This document shows, piece after piece, positions 9,701-25,900 of a stretch of DNA of 64,000 nt (positions within the stretch are counted from its first letter, which is position 1; every line of letters begins with the position of its first letter). Both the position numbers and the translations under genes were made by a program. The notes under the pieces were generated by a model that was given only the letters and a program-made list of their open reading frames with translations, did not search any database and was not told where the DNA came from. The stretch covers positions 96,001 through 160,000 of the forward strand of contig CAWJGT010000023.1 in NCBI GenBank assembly GCA_963842525.1, given 5' to 3'. This stretch comes from an uncultured Holophagales bacterium (lineage in GTDB: Bacteria > Acidobacteriota > Thermoanaerobaculia > Multivoradales > UBA5704).

Positions 9701-12700
9701 CCATTTCGAGCGAACGCCCGGCCTCCAGGGCGACTGTCACCTCCAGCCCGACGCCGAGCCGGCGCAGGTGGCGGGCGAGCTGGTCGGCGCGGCCGTTGAG
9801 CTCGGCGTAGGTGACCGACCGGTCGCCGAGCGTCAGGGCGACCGCGTCCGGGGCCTCGGCCGCCCGGGCCTCGAACGGCTCGTGGATCGCACGCGCGGCG
9901 AGGGTCTCCTCGTCCGTATCGTTGGGCTCGTGGACGACCTGGTGCCGCTCGGCCTCGGTGAGGAGCGGGAGGTCGCCGGGGCGCCGGGCAGGGTCTTCGG
10001 TGATCGCCGCAAGAAGCGTCTCGAGCTGGCCAGCCAGGCGCTGCAGCGCGGCCGTGGAGAACCGGTCCGCGTCGCCGATCAGGTGCAGCACGGTCCGGTC
10101 GGCCGGGAAGACCATGAGGGTCAGCGGATAGCCGGTCCGCCCCTCGGAGCGGAAGAGGTCGCGGATCACGGGACCCTCCCCGGCCCCGACCAAGTCCTCT
10201 CCCTGAGGGAGATTTTCGAAAATCACCAGGCTCTCGAAAAGCGCCTGGCCCGACGGCACCTCGCTGTGCTTCTGGACCTCCAGAAGCGGCACGTGCTCGT
10301 GCTCGCGCGCCGCCGACTGCTCGGCCTGGATCTCGTGCAGCCCGTCGAGGAGGGGCGCGTCGCCGCGCAGCCGGACCCGCACCGGCAGGGTGTTGATGAA
10401 CAGGCCAACCATCTGCTCGACGCCCAGGAGGGACGGGGGGCGGCCCGAGACCACGCCGCCGAAGACCACGTCCTCCTCGCCCGAGGTGCGGCCGAGCAGG
10501 AGCGCCCAGGCCCCCTGGAACAGGGTGTTCAAGGTCAGCCGGTGGCGCCGCGACAGCTCGCGGAGCCCTTCCGAGAGCTCCTGGGAGAGCGCACCCTGGA
10601 ACAGCCGGTAACTCCGCCCGGCCTCCTCGGCGGCCGGCCTCTCCGCGGGGAGCGGGGTCGGCGCGGTGAAGCCCGCGAGAGCGCGGCGCCAGAACGCCTC
10701 GTCCTCGGCGCGGCTGTTGGCCTCCAGCCAGGCTACGTAGTCCCGATAGGGCCTGACGTCCGGCAGCTCGATGCGCCGCCCCTGCCGGATCCCGGCGTAG
10801 AGGGTGAAGATCTCGCGGAACACCAGCGGCACGGACCAGCCGTCGAGCAGCAGGTGGTGGTAGCTCCAGACGATCTGGACGGAGTCGCCTCCAAGGTCGA
10901 AGGCCACGAGGCGCATCAGGGGGGCGAGCCGCAGGTCGAAGCCCCGGCGGCGGTCCTCCTCCAGGAAGGCGCGGAGCCGCTCCCGTTGCGCGGCGGGGCC
11001 CAGGGCGCGCCAGTCGACCCGCGTCCAGGGCAGCCCGGTAGTCCGGCGGACGACCTGGAGCGGCTCGTCGAGCCCCTCCCAGAAAAAGGCCGTGCGCAGG
11101 ATCGGATGGCGGGCGATCACCGCGCGCCAGGCCTGATCGAAGGCCTCGGCGTCGAAGCCGCCCTCGACGGTCCAACCCACCTGGAGCACATAGTCGCCGG
11201 AGCGCGGCGCGTAGAGGCTGTGGAACAGCACTCCTTGCTGGACCGGCGCCAGGCGGTAGGTGTCCTCCATGTCATCGAGAGCTACTTCGGCCAGGAGCGT
11301 GGCGAGCCGCTCCCGGTCGAAGACCGCGAGAGGGCGGCTCTCCGCCGGCCGGTCCGGCTCGGAAACCGTTCCCGCTCCCAGAGCCGCCGCGAGCTGCGCG
11401 ACGGTCTGGAATTCGAAGAGCTGGCCGGGGGCGATCTCCAACCCGGCGCGGCGCGCCCGGGCGACGATCTGGATGCCGAGCACCGAATCGCCTCCCAGCT
11501 CGAAGAAGTTGTCGTGGAGGCCGACCTCGGTGACGCCCAGCATCTCCCGCCAGAGCGCGGCGATCCGGCCCTCCAGCTCCGTGCGGGGCGCGGCATACGG
11601 GGTGCTCAGCGCGGGCCGGGCGTGCCGGGCCGCGGAGCCTGTGGGCTCGATGTCCGCAGCGGTTGCCGCCTTGTCGAGCAGGCTCGAGGAGGTCGCCGCC
11701 GCGGCCTCCGCCAAAGCAGCGTTCAGGTCGGTGGGCGAGATCACGACCTGCGGCGGCACCCGGTGCGCCAGCAGGCGGCGGAAGACCTCGATCCCCTCCT
11801 CGGGTGACACGCCCATTTCGAGGACCCGGGCGAAGGGATCGGCGCCGCTCCCCTTCTCCGCCTCGGCGGGTTGGGATTCGAGGGGCGAGCGGGCCCGGAG
11901 CTGCTCGGTCGGGTTGTTGACCCGCTTCTTGCCGTAGCCGCGGATCTCGACGAGCTCGGTGCCGTCCTCGTCCATCAGGACGACGTCGAACGAGATCGTC
12001 TCCTTGCGGGAGTAGTCCCGGTCCTCCAGCAGGCGGGCGTGGCTCCAGAGCTTCCGCGTCAACGGGGCGCGGATCTTCAGGCTGCGGTAGGCGAGCGGCA
12101 GGTAGAAGCCGTCTGTCAGGTCGACCAGGAACTGCTCCCCCAGGCCCGCGGCGCGGTCGAGCAGCGCCGGGTGAAGATGGCAGGCCGCGAGGTCCCCGGC
12201 GAGCAGCGCGGGCAGCTCGAGCGTGCCCAGCACCTCGCCGTCGCCGAGCCAGGCCTGCTGGACGGTCTGCCAGCGCGGGCCGAGGTCCTCGTACTTCTCG
12301 TCCTCGACCGCGGCGAGGACCCGGCCGCGGTCGCAGCGCGCGAGGATCTCCGGCAGGTCGTGCCGCTTCGGGGGCTCCGGAGCGAGCGGGCGCACCCGGC
12401 CGAGCATGGTCTCGTCCCAGGTCCCCGCGCCCGACCGGCAGGCGACCTTGAAGTCGAAGCCGTCCCCCGAGGCTTCGAGCTCCAGACGTACCTCCTTCTC
12501 CTCGTCCTCGCGCAGCCGGACCGGCGTCAGGAAGAAGACGTCGTGCAGCTCGACCGGACCCGGCCCCTGCCGCAGCGCGAACGCCGCGCGGGCCATCTCC
12601 AGGTAAGTCGTGCCCGGGATCACGGGCTGGCCGGCGATGCGGTGCTCGTCGGCCACCCACTGCCGCGCGGCGCTGAAGCGGGTGTGGAAGACGTCCCGCC

Positions 12701-15700
12701 CCGGCTCGGACCGGCGGCGGTCGAACAGGGGGTGCTCGACCGGCTCACCGTCGTCCAGCTCGGCCGGCTCCTCCGCGGGCCGCGCCTGCCCGGCCGCCGC
12801 GGCGAGCATGCCGACCTGCCGCCAGGCGCACCAGTCGATCGCCAGGGTGAACGGGCCGCCGGCCGACCGGCAGGCGTGCGCCCAGGCGTCGAGGAAGGCG
12901 TTGGCCGCGCAGTAATCGGCGCCGCCGGCCTGGCCGAAGAGGGCGCTGCGCGACGAGCAGACCACCAGGAAATCGGGCTCGTCGCCGAGCACCGCCTCCA
13001 GCACGCGCGTCCCCTGGACCTTCGGCGCCAGGACCGCGGCGGCGGCCTCGGCCGAGCGGAGCTGGAGGAAGGCGCCGGTCGAGACGCCCGCGGCATGGAC
13101 GACGCCATCGATCCGCCCGAACCGTTCGCGCGCAGCACCGACCGCCCGGCGCATCTCCTCTTCGGAGGCGACATCGGCTGCGAGGACCAGGACCTCCGCT
13201 CCCAGGTCCTCCAGTCGGGCCACCTGGCGAACTCGCGAGGCCGGCAACCCGGAGCGTCCGAGCAGGACGAGCTTGGCGCGCACCGTGCGGGCCAGGAGCT
13301 CCGCGATCGACAGGCCGATGCCACCGAGCCCGCCGGTGATCAGGTAGCAGCCGCCGGGGCGGAGCCGCGCCAGGTCTCCGGATTCCCCGGCTTCCCCCAG
13401 GCGGACGGGCTCGAAGGTCTGCACCCAGCGGTGGGAGCCGCGCCAGGCCACGACCTGGTCGTTTGAATCGGCGAGCAGCTCCTCGCAGAGGCGCTCGATC
13501 AGGGCAGTCCGCTCGCGCGGGGAGGCGGCCGGCAGAGTGTCAATGCTGCGGCAGCTCACCCCCGGGATCTCCTTGGGGATCACCTTCAGGGGGCCGAGGA
13601 GGGCCGCCTTCTCCGGCCAGAGCAGGTCGCCGCCCACGACCTCCTGCATCTGGCTCGATACAACGTCGATCCGCAGCGGCTCCGGGCTGCCGCGGCGGCC
13701 CAGAGCCTGAGCGAGCGCGATCAGGCTCTTGTAGCCGCGGCGCAGGTGCTCAGCCGCCAGATCCCGCCGCGGGGTCTCCTCCGCGAGGGATGCGCACCCC
13801 AGGTGGACGATGCGCTGGACGCCCGCGGGGAGAGGCTCCACCTCCTCCTGGATAGCGACCTCCTGCCCCAGCTCGGTGAGGCGCTCGGCGAGAGCGTTCC
13901 ATTCACCTCCTCCGAGGAGCAGCCACCTCTGCCGGGGCCTGTGGTCCGTGCCGAGCCGCTCGGCCAGGGCCGAGCGCCGCCAGCTCGGGACGTAGAACCA
14001 GTCCGCGAGGTCCGGCTTCCGCTCCGTGGCGGACAACCCGCGCTCGCTTGGCGCGGGCTCATACCAGTAGCGCTGGCGCTCGAACGGATAGGTCGGCAGC
14101 GGCACGCGCCGGCGCCGCTCGTGAACGGAAAACCCTTTCCAATCGACCGCGGCCCCCGCGAGCCACAGCCGCCCGAGCGTGGTCAGCAACGCGGCCCGCT
14201 CCGAGCCCCCTTCCTTGGGGTGGCGCAGCGAAGAGAGCACCAGCCGGGCGGACGACCGGGCCGGGTGCTGGCGCACCAGGGCCGCCAGCGTCGTGCCAGG
14301 GCCGACCTCCAGGAAGCCCGCGTCCGTCTCCCGGAGCACCCTCTCCACGGCCTCCGAGAAGCGCACGGTCTGCCGCAGGTGCCGCGCCCAGTAGAGCGGG
14401 TCCGTGGCCTCCCCGGCGGTGATCCAGGTGCCCGTGACGTTCGACAGGAAGGGGATCTCCGGCGGCTTGCGCGCCACCCGCCGCACCCGCTCCGCGAAGG
14501 CCGCGAGGACCGGCTCCATCAAGGGCGAATGGAAGGCGTGGGACGTGAGCAGCCGGCGGCAGACCACCGCCTGCGCCGCGAGGTCCCGCTCCACGCGCTC
14601 GATCGCCTCCGGGGTGCCCGAGAGCACGCAGAGCGAGGGCCGGTTGATGGCCGCCAGTGCGAGCTCCGGGGTCTCCGGACCGACCCGGTCGAGGATCTCC
14701 GCCTCCGAGAGGTGCACCGCCAGCATGGCGCCCGGCGGCAGCTCCTGGACGAGGCGCCCGCGGGCCGCCACCAGGTCCAGGGCGTCCTCCAGGGAAAAGA
14801 CGCCGGCCAGGCAGGCGGCCACGTACTCGCCGATCGAATGGCCGATCATTGCCTTGGGAGCCATCCCCCAGGACATCCAGAGCCGGGCCAGCGCGTGCTC
14901 GATCACGAAGAGCGCCGGCTGCGTGAGGAAAGTCTGGTCGAGCCGCTCGCCGCCCGCGAAGATCTCCTGCCGCAGGTCGCACCCCAGGGGCGCCAGGAGC
15001 CGCTCGGCGCAGCGGTCCACCTCGGCGCGGAACACCGGCTCGGATTCGTAGAGCTCCGCCCCATGCCCGCGTGCTGCGCGCCCTGGCCCGGGAACAGGAA
15101 CACCAGGGGCTGCTCCCGCGGCTCGTGAGTGCTGGTGTGGACCCGCGTCGGATCCAAGCTCGCGAGGTTGGCGGCCGCATCGGTGGCGTCGCGGCAGACC
15201 AGGATCCGGCGGTGGCCGAAGGCGCGGCGCCCCGCCTGGAGAGTGAAGCCAATGTCGGCCAGGTCGGCCTCCGGGCTCTCTTCGAGATGGCGGCGCAGAT
15301 TCTCGGTGGCGGACTCCAGGGCCGTCGCGGTCCGCGCCGACAGCACCAGGAGCTGCCAGGGGCGCGAGGGTCCCGAGGGCGCGGGCCGCGGCGCCTCCTC
15401 CAGGACCACGTGGGCGTTGGTGCCGCCGATGCCGAACGAGCTGACGCCCGCGCGCCGCGGGCCGTCCGTGGCCCAGTCGCGCAATTCGGCATTGACATAG
15501 AAGGGGCTGTCCTCGATCCCCAGGTCCGGGTTGGGCCGCTCGAAGTGGAGGCTGGGAGGGATCTGCCGGTGCTCCAGGGCGAGGACCGTCTTGATCAAAC
15601 CGGCGACGCCCGCGGCGGTGTCGAGGTGGCCGAAGTTGGACTTGATCGAGCCGAGGGCGCAGAAGGACCGCTTACCGGTGCGCGCGAAGACCTTGCGCAG

Positions 15701-16680
15701 GGCGGCCACCTCGATCGGGTCTCCCATCGGGGTGCCCGTGCCGTGACCCTCGATGTAGGTAACCTCGTCCGGGCGCACCCCGGCGGCGCGCTGGGCCACC
15801 GCGATCACCTGGGCCTGGGTGTCGACGCGGGGCGCGGTGTAGCCCACCTTGTTGGAGCCGTCGTTGTTGATCGCCGAGCCCAGGATCACGGCGCGCACCG
15901 GATCGCCGTCCGCCAATGCCTCGGAGAGCCGCTTGAGGACAACGACTCCGGCGCCGCTGCCGCCGATCGTCCCCTGGGCGCGGGCATCGAACGGGCGGCA
16001 GTGGCCGTCCGGCGAGGCGATCCCGCCCTCCGTCCAGAGATAGCCGGCGGTCTGCGGCACCTCGACCGCCACGCCGCCGGCCAGGGCCATGTCGCACTGG
16101 TAGTCGAGGAGCGACTGGCAGGCGAGATGGACCGCCACCAGCGAGGTCGAGCAGGTCGTCTGCACCGTCACGGCGGGCCCGCGCAGGTTCAGCTTGTAGG
16201 CCGTCATCGTGGTGAGGTGGTCGGCGCGGTTGCCGATCGCGGCCTGGAGGCTGCCGACCGAGGCGACGAAGCCCGGCGAGCCGAAATTCGCCAGCAGATA
16301 GGTGCTGAGGCCCGTGCCCGCGAACACGCCGATGGCGCCCGGAGGGCGCTCCGGGTCGCAGCCGGCGCTTTCCAGCGCCTCCCAGGCGCATTCGAGGAAG
16401 AGCCGCTGCTGCGGATCGGTGGCGGCGGCGACCCGCGGGGTCATACCGAAGAAGGGGGCGTCGAACAGCTCGATGCCGTCGAGGACCGCGCGCGCCTTGA
16501 CGTAGCGCGGATCGCGCCGGAGCGCCGGCTCGATTCCCGCCCGCTCCAGCTCCTCGTCGGTGAAGAAGCGGATCGACTCGACGCCGTCGCGCAGGTTGCG
16601 CCAGAGCTCGCCCGCGTCGCGGGCGCCGGGGAAGCGGCACGCCAGGCCGAGGACGGCAATGGCCTCGGGCCGCTCGTCGT

Positions 16681-16684
<4 letters not shown>
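6729..16684 (-). CDS. Hybrid PKS-NRPS: KS-AT(malonyl)-KR[DH inserted]-ACP-C-A-T-E-like; 1-bp frameshift at ~15057 joins ORFs 14903..16684 and 6729..15035
   Basis: KS TTCSTSL, HGTGT and GHLDTAAG. AT GHSIG and HAFHS. KR TGGLGGIG and YCAAN. DH EHRIAGQPVIP. ACP GGDSV. C HHLLLDGWS. A TSGSTGAPKG and YGPTE. T GGDSL. Terminal E-like domain with HHLSLDH and TIGWF. No TE. Confidence 0.92.
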
Positions 16685-20717
<4,033 letters not shown>

Positions 20718-20721
<4 letters not shown>

Positions 20722-21791
20722 GCCGAGGGCTCCAGGCTGCGGTGGGACGGGTCGGTGTACAGCTCGGCCATGGCCACCACGATCCGGCGCGGGCCGGTGA
20801 ACGGCTCGCGGCCATGGGAGGCCAGGAAGTTGTCGAGCAGGAGCACGTCCCCCTGCTGCCAGGGAAAGGTCACCGCTGCGGCGCGGTAGGTGGCGCGGAT
20901 GTGCTCCAGCACGTCGTCCTCGATGCGCGAGCCGTCGCCGTAGAATGCGTTGCGCGGCAGCTCGTCCTCGTCGAACACGGCGAGCAGCCCTTCGCGCACG
21001 GCCGGCTCCAAGTTAGATACGTGGAACATGTGCGCATGGTTGAACCAGACCGTGTCTCCTGTTTTGGGATGGGTGGCCACCACCTGGCGGACCGCGCGCG
21101 TGCGCAGGCGGTCGTGGTCGCGCCACTCGTGCTCCATGCCGGCCTTGCGGCAGTAGGCCTCCACCTCGGCGCGGTCGGTCGTCTGGAAGACCTCCTGCCA
21201 GGGGAGGTCCACGCCGCCGCCGTAGTTGCGGACGTACATCACCTTCTTGTCGAGGAAGCGGCGCCGGACCTCGGGATCGATGCGGCCGATCACCTGGCGG
21301 TCGTCGACCACGGGCGTGGCACCGCCGCTCTGCGCCGGCTGGACGCAGTGGAACCAGATCTTGGTCGGCCAGTTGTGCGAGTAGGACATCTCGTGGTGCA
21401 GCGGGATCGGCTGGTCGGCCGGGTATTCGGTCGAGGTGAAGACATTGCGGGCGACCTCGAAGCGCGGCGCCGCCCGCTCCTGGTAGTCCAGCAGGTCCGG
21501 GGAGACCGCGCGGGCGACCTGCTGAAAACGCTCGACCGAGTCGATGCCGAAGCCGCGGAAGAGGAGGGCGCCGTGCTCCAGGAGCCACCCCTCGACGAGG
21601 TCGCGCTGGCCCTCGGCCCAGGAGGCCAGATTCGTGTCGGCCACCCGCGGACGCACCACCCGGGGGAACTCGCCGCCGCCGTCGAGGGGTCCGGTTTCGA
21701 CCAGCTCCTCGGCGGAGAGGCGGACGGTCTTGCGCCCGCCCGCCCGAAAGCCGGAGCCGAAGGTGGGTGCCCGCTTGTCTTCACCGCTCAT
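20718..21791 (-). CDS. TauD/SyrP-like Fe(II)/2-oxoglutarate beta-hydroxylase (copy 2)
   Basis: Motifs LLFRGF, TSTEYP, IPLHHEMSY, WFNHAHMFH and DN..ASHGREPF. Confidence 0.9.
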
Positions 21792-21831
21792 GGTTCGTCA
21801 TCCCCATGCTCCTTATGTGTCCCCAGTCGGC

Positions 21832-22911
21832 TCAACGGGACAGCTCCGCGGGCCGCACGCTCTCCCAGGCCGTCGGGTCGGCCATGCCCACGACGACCTT
21901 GCGCTCCCCCTGGAAGGGCTCCCGGCCGTGGGCCACCAGCATGTTGTCGAGCAGCAGAATGTCCCCTTCCTGCCAGGTGAACCGCGTCCATTCCCGGCGG
22001 TAGAGGGCATGGAGCCGCTCCATCACCTCCGGCTCGATCGGCGAGCCGTCGCCGTAGTAGGTGTTGTTCGGCAGGTCCTCCTCCGGGATCTGCCCCAGCA
22101 GCCGGTCGCGGACGGCGGCCGGCAGGGTGGAGACGTGGAAGAAGGTGGCGTGGTTGAACCAGGTCAGCTCGCCGCTCCGCGGGTGGGCGGCGATGGCCGG
22201 GCGCACCTGGCGGGTGCGCAGCCGGCCGCCGGGCTTCCACTCCACCTGGATGCCGTTGGCGCGGCAGTACGCCTCCACGGCGTCGCGGTCGGAGGTCTGG
22301 AAGGCGGTCTGCCAGGGGAGTCCGAGCCCGTCGCCGAAGTTGCGGACGTATATGTAGCCCTGGGCGAAAAACCGCTGCCGGATCCCGGGGTCGAGGTCCG
22401 CGAAGACCCGGCGGCAGTCGGCGATGGGCGTGGCGCCCCCTTCGCGGGCCGCGCGCAGGCAGCAGAAGTAGATCTTCCTGGGAAAGGTCAGGTTGTACGA
22501 CTGCTCGTTATGGAGAAAAATTTCCTGGTCGGCCGGATGGTCGGTCGAGGTGTAGATCCCGCCGCCGACCGCGCTGCGCGGGGAGGAGCGTTCGACATAG
22601 GGGAGCGCGCCGCTCGAGCTCGCGGCCACGAAGTCCTCGAAGCGCTCGGCCGAGCCCACGCCGAAGCCGCGGAAGAGCAACCCGCCGTGGCGGGTGAGGA
22701 GGTCGTCGATCCAGCCATGGTGGGCCGCCGCCCAGCTCACCAGGTTGACGCCGTCCACGCGGGGCGAGACGACGAGCGGCAGGGGCCCGCCGGTGTCTGG
22801 AGGGTCCAGGGGTCCGGTCGTGACCAGCTCCTCGGGCGAGAGCTGAAGGGGCTTGCGCTGCATGGGCCGCCCCGCGCCGAACGCGGGCTTGTCGGGTCGT
22901 GGTGCGCTCAA
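21832..22911 (-). CDS. TauD/SyrP-like Fe(II)/2-oxoglutarate beta-hydroxylase (copy 1)
   Basis: TTG start overlaps the NRPS stop, with an AAAGGAG RBS. Motifs IFLHNEQSY, WFNHATFFH and DNMLVAHGREPF. Confidence 0.88.
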   Translation of the reverse strand: MSAPRPDKPAFGAGRPMQRKPLQLSPEELVTTGPLDPPDTGGPLPLVVSPRVDGVNLVSWAAAHHGWIDDLLTRHGGLLFRGFGVGSAERFEDFVAASSSGALPYVERSSPRSAVGGGIYTSTDHPADQEIFLHNEQSYNLTFPRKIYFCCLRAAREGGATPIADCRRVFADLDPGIRQRFFAQGYIYVRNFGDGLGLPWQTAFQTSDRDAVEAYCRANGIQVEWKPGGRLRTRQVRPAIAAHPRSGELTWFNHATFFHVSTLPAAVRDRLLGQIPEEDLPNNTYYGDGSPIEPEVMERLHALYRREWTRFTWQEGDILLLDNMLVAHGREPFQGERKVVVGMADPTAWESVRPAELSR

Positions 22912-25900
22912 GATAAAGGTCTCCTTTGTCTCCGGGCGAACCTCCCGGTTTTGGCCTCCTGCCATTGCCGGAGGCGCTCCGCCTTCCGTTCCTGCTCCGC
23001 GGCCGTGAGCACCTCCAGGGTGGAGAGCCGGGCCGCGGGATCGGCGGCGAGGCGGCCGAGCAGGGCTTCGAAGCGGCCATACAGTCTTTCTACGGTGGCC
23101 GCCGCGAAAAGGTCTGTGCTCCAGGTCCAGGCCGCGGTCAGGCCGCCGGCCTCCTCGGTGATCCAGAGGGTCAGCTCGAAGCGGGCCATGCCGGGGTCCA
23201 GGTCGAGGACCCGGAGGTCCAGGCCCGGCAGCTCGGCCGGGTGGTCCGGCGTGTTCTGCACGCCGAAGGCGACCTGGACGAGGGGCCGGCCGCCGGTCGC
23301 GCGCTCCCAGCGCAGCTCGGAGGCCAGCAGCTCCAGCGGCAGGTCCTGGTGCGCGAAGGCCCCCAGGGTCACCTCCCGTACCCGCGCCAGCAGCTCGCGG
23401 AAGGTGGGGTCGCCGGCGAGCGAGACGCGCAGCGGCAGCAGGTTGATGAAGCAGCCGACGAGCCCCTCGACCTCGCTGTGGTTGCGCCCGGCCACGGCGG
23501 CGCCGACCACGAGGTCGTCCTGGCCCGATGCGCGGTGGAGGAGGACGTCGAATGCGGCCAGGAGGAGCATGAACAGCGTGACCTTCTCGCTGCGGCAGAG
23601 GGAGCGCAACTCGCGGTGGAGCGCGCCCGGGATGCGGAACGACCGGCGCGCGCCCCGGCCGGTCAGCTCTTCTCGGCGAGGACGGTCGGCCGGGAGGTCG
23701 AGCGACGCGGGGCTGCCGGCCAGCGCTCTTCGCCAATAAGAAAGGTGCGTCTCCAGGGCTTCGCCGCGCAGCCAGCCGCGCTGCCAAGCGGCGTAGTCGG
23801 CGTATTGCACCGGCAGGTCCGGCAGCGGCGACGGGCGCCCTTCCGTGAAGGCCGGGTAAAGCGCGGCGACCTCGCGCACCAGGACGCCCATCGACCAGCC
23901 GTCGCCGGCAATGTGATGGATCGTGAAGAGCAGGATGTGGCGGTCCTCGCCGAGGCGCAGGAGGCCGAGGCGCAGCAGGGGCCCGCGCGCCAGATCGAAA
24001 GGGCGCCGCGCCTCCTCTCCGGCCAGGCGCAGCGCCTCCGCCTCGCGCGCCGACTCCGGGAGCGCCGCGAGGTCGACGACCGGCAGCAGCGTGCGCGACT
24101 CCCCCACGACCTGCACGAGCCGGTCGCCGCGCAGGACGAAGCTCGTGCGCAGGGCCTCGTGGCGGCGGACGATCTCGGCGAACGCCGCGGCGAGCGCCGC
24201 CGGCTGGAGGAGGCCCCGCAGCTCGACCGCGGCCGGCTGGTTGTAGAAGGGGCTCTCCCCGCCCGCCGTGCGGTCGACGAGCCAGATCCTCTGCTGCGCG
24301 AAGGAGATCGGCAGCTCACCCCGGCGCGAGGCCGGCGCCAGGGGCAGGATCGGAGGGGCCACGGCAGCCTGCCCTGCCGCGCGCTGGGCCTCCACAGCAG
24401 CGGCCAGTCCGGCAGGGGTCGGGGTCTCGAAGATCCGCCGCAGCGGCAGCTCGACGCCCAGGGCCTCGCGGATCCGCGACACCAGCCGCGTCGCCGCCAG
24501 GGAGTGCCCGCCCAGGGCGAAGAAATCGTCCTCGACCCCGACCCCCTCGAGGCCCAGGACCTCTTCCCAGATCCCGGCCAGCAGCTCCTCGACCGGGCTG
24601 CGCGGCACCCCGGAAGGACTGCCGGAGAGGCTGCCGGCGGCCTCCTCCGGGAGGGGCAGCGCGCGGCGGTCGACCTTGCCGCTCGCGCTGCGGGGCAGGG
24701 CCGGCAGGACGACCCAGGCCGCCGGGATCATGGCGGCCGGGAGCAGCCCCTGGAGGTGCGCGCGGAGGCTGGCCGCCTGCGGGGGCCGCTCGCCGCGCGG
24801 GGTCACATAGGCGACCAGCCGCCGGCCGCCGCGGCCGTCCTCGTGGGCCACGACCGCAGCCTCGCGAACCTCCGGGTGGGCCGCCAGCGCAGCCTCGACC
24901 TCGCCCGGCTCGATGCGGAACCCGCGGACCTTGACTTGGCGGTCGATGCGTCCAAGCACCTCGAAGTCGCCGTCCGGCAGCCGACGTGCCAGGTCGCCCG
25001 TCCGCAGCAGGCGCTCGCCCATCCGCAGAGGGAAAGGATGGGGGACGAACCGCTCGGCCGTGAGCGCGGGATGGCCGAGGTAGCCGAGGGCCAGGCCGGC
25101 GCCGCCGATCGAGAGCTCGCCCGCGATGCCCAGCGGCGCCGGGTTGCCCCAGGGATCGAGGACGAGCATCTCAGCGCCCTCGACCGGCCGGCCGATCGGT
25201 ACCCGGCCCGACGGCGGCAGGCCGGCCATCTCCCAGAGCGACGAGGTGATGGTGGACTCGGTGAGGCCGTAGCCGTTGAGCGTCCGGACCCGCGAGCCCG
25301 CGAGCCCGCGCCAGGCTTCGAGGGCGCGCTCCGGCACCGGCTCACTGCCGACGATCAGCAGGCGCAGCAAGGGGGGTGGCGGCGAGGCCGCCTCGGCGAG
25401 GGTCGACACCCAGCCCTCGAAGAAGGAGGACGGCAGGTTGAGCACCGTGAGCCGCTCGCGCTCCACGAAGCGCCGGAAAGCCTCCGTGGGCGCCGGCACC
25501 TCCTCGGGCTCCAGCACCACGGCGGCACCACGAATCCAGGAGGGGTAGAGCTCCTCGGCCGCGACGTCGAAGGTGAGGGAGGCGAGCTGGAGCACCCGGT
25601 CGTCCGCCGCCAACTCGTACCGGCGGGCCATGGCCAGGGCGTGGCGCGCCAGGGCGCGGTGCGGTACCAGCACCCCCTTGGGCCGGCCAGTCGATCCCGA
25701 GGTGTAGAGGACGTACGCCAGATCGTCCGGTCCCGCCGCGGAGCCCGGGACCGGGGACGGAACCGGATCGAGCACGTCGAGCCGGACCCCGTCCGCCTCC
25801 CCCGCCGCCAGGAGGAAGCGCGGGCGGGCGTCCTCGAGGACCACGTCGAGGCGCTGGCGCGGCGCCGAGGGATCGAGGGGCAGGTACGCGGCTCCGGCCT

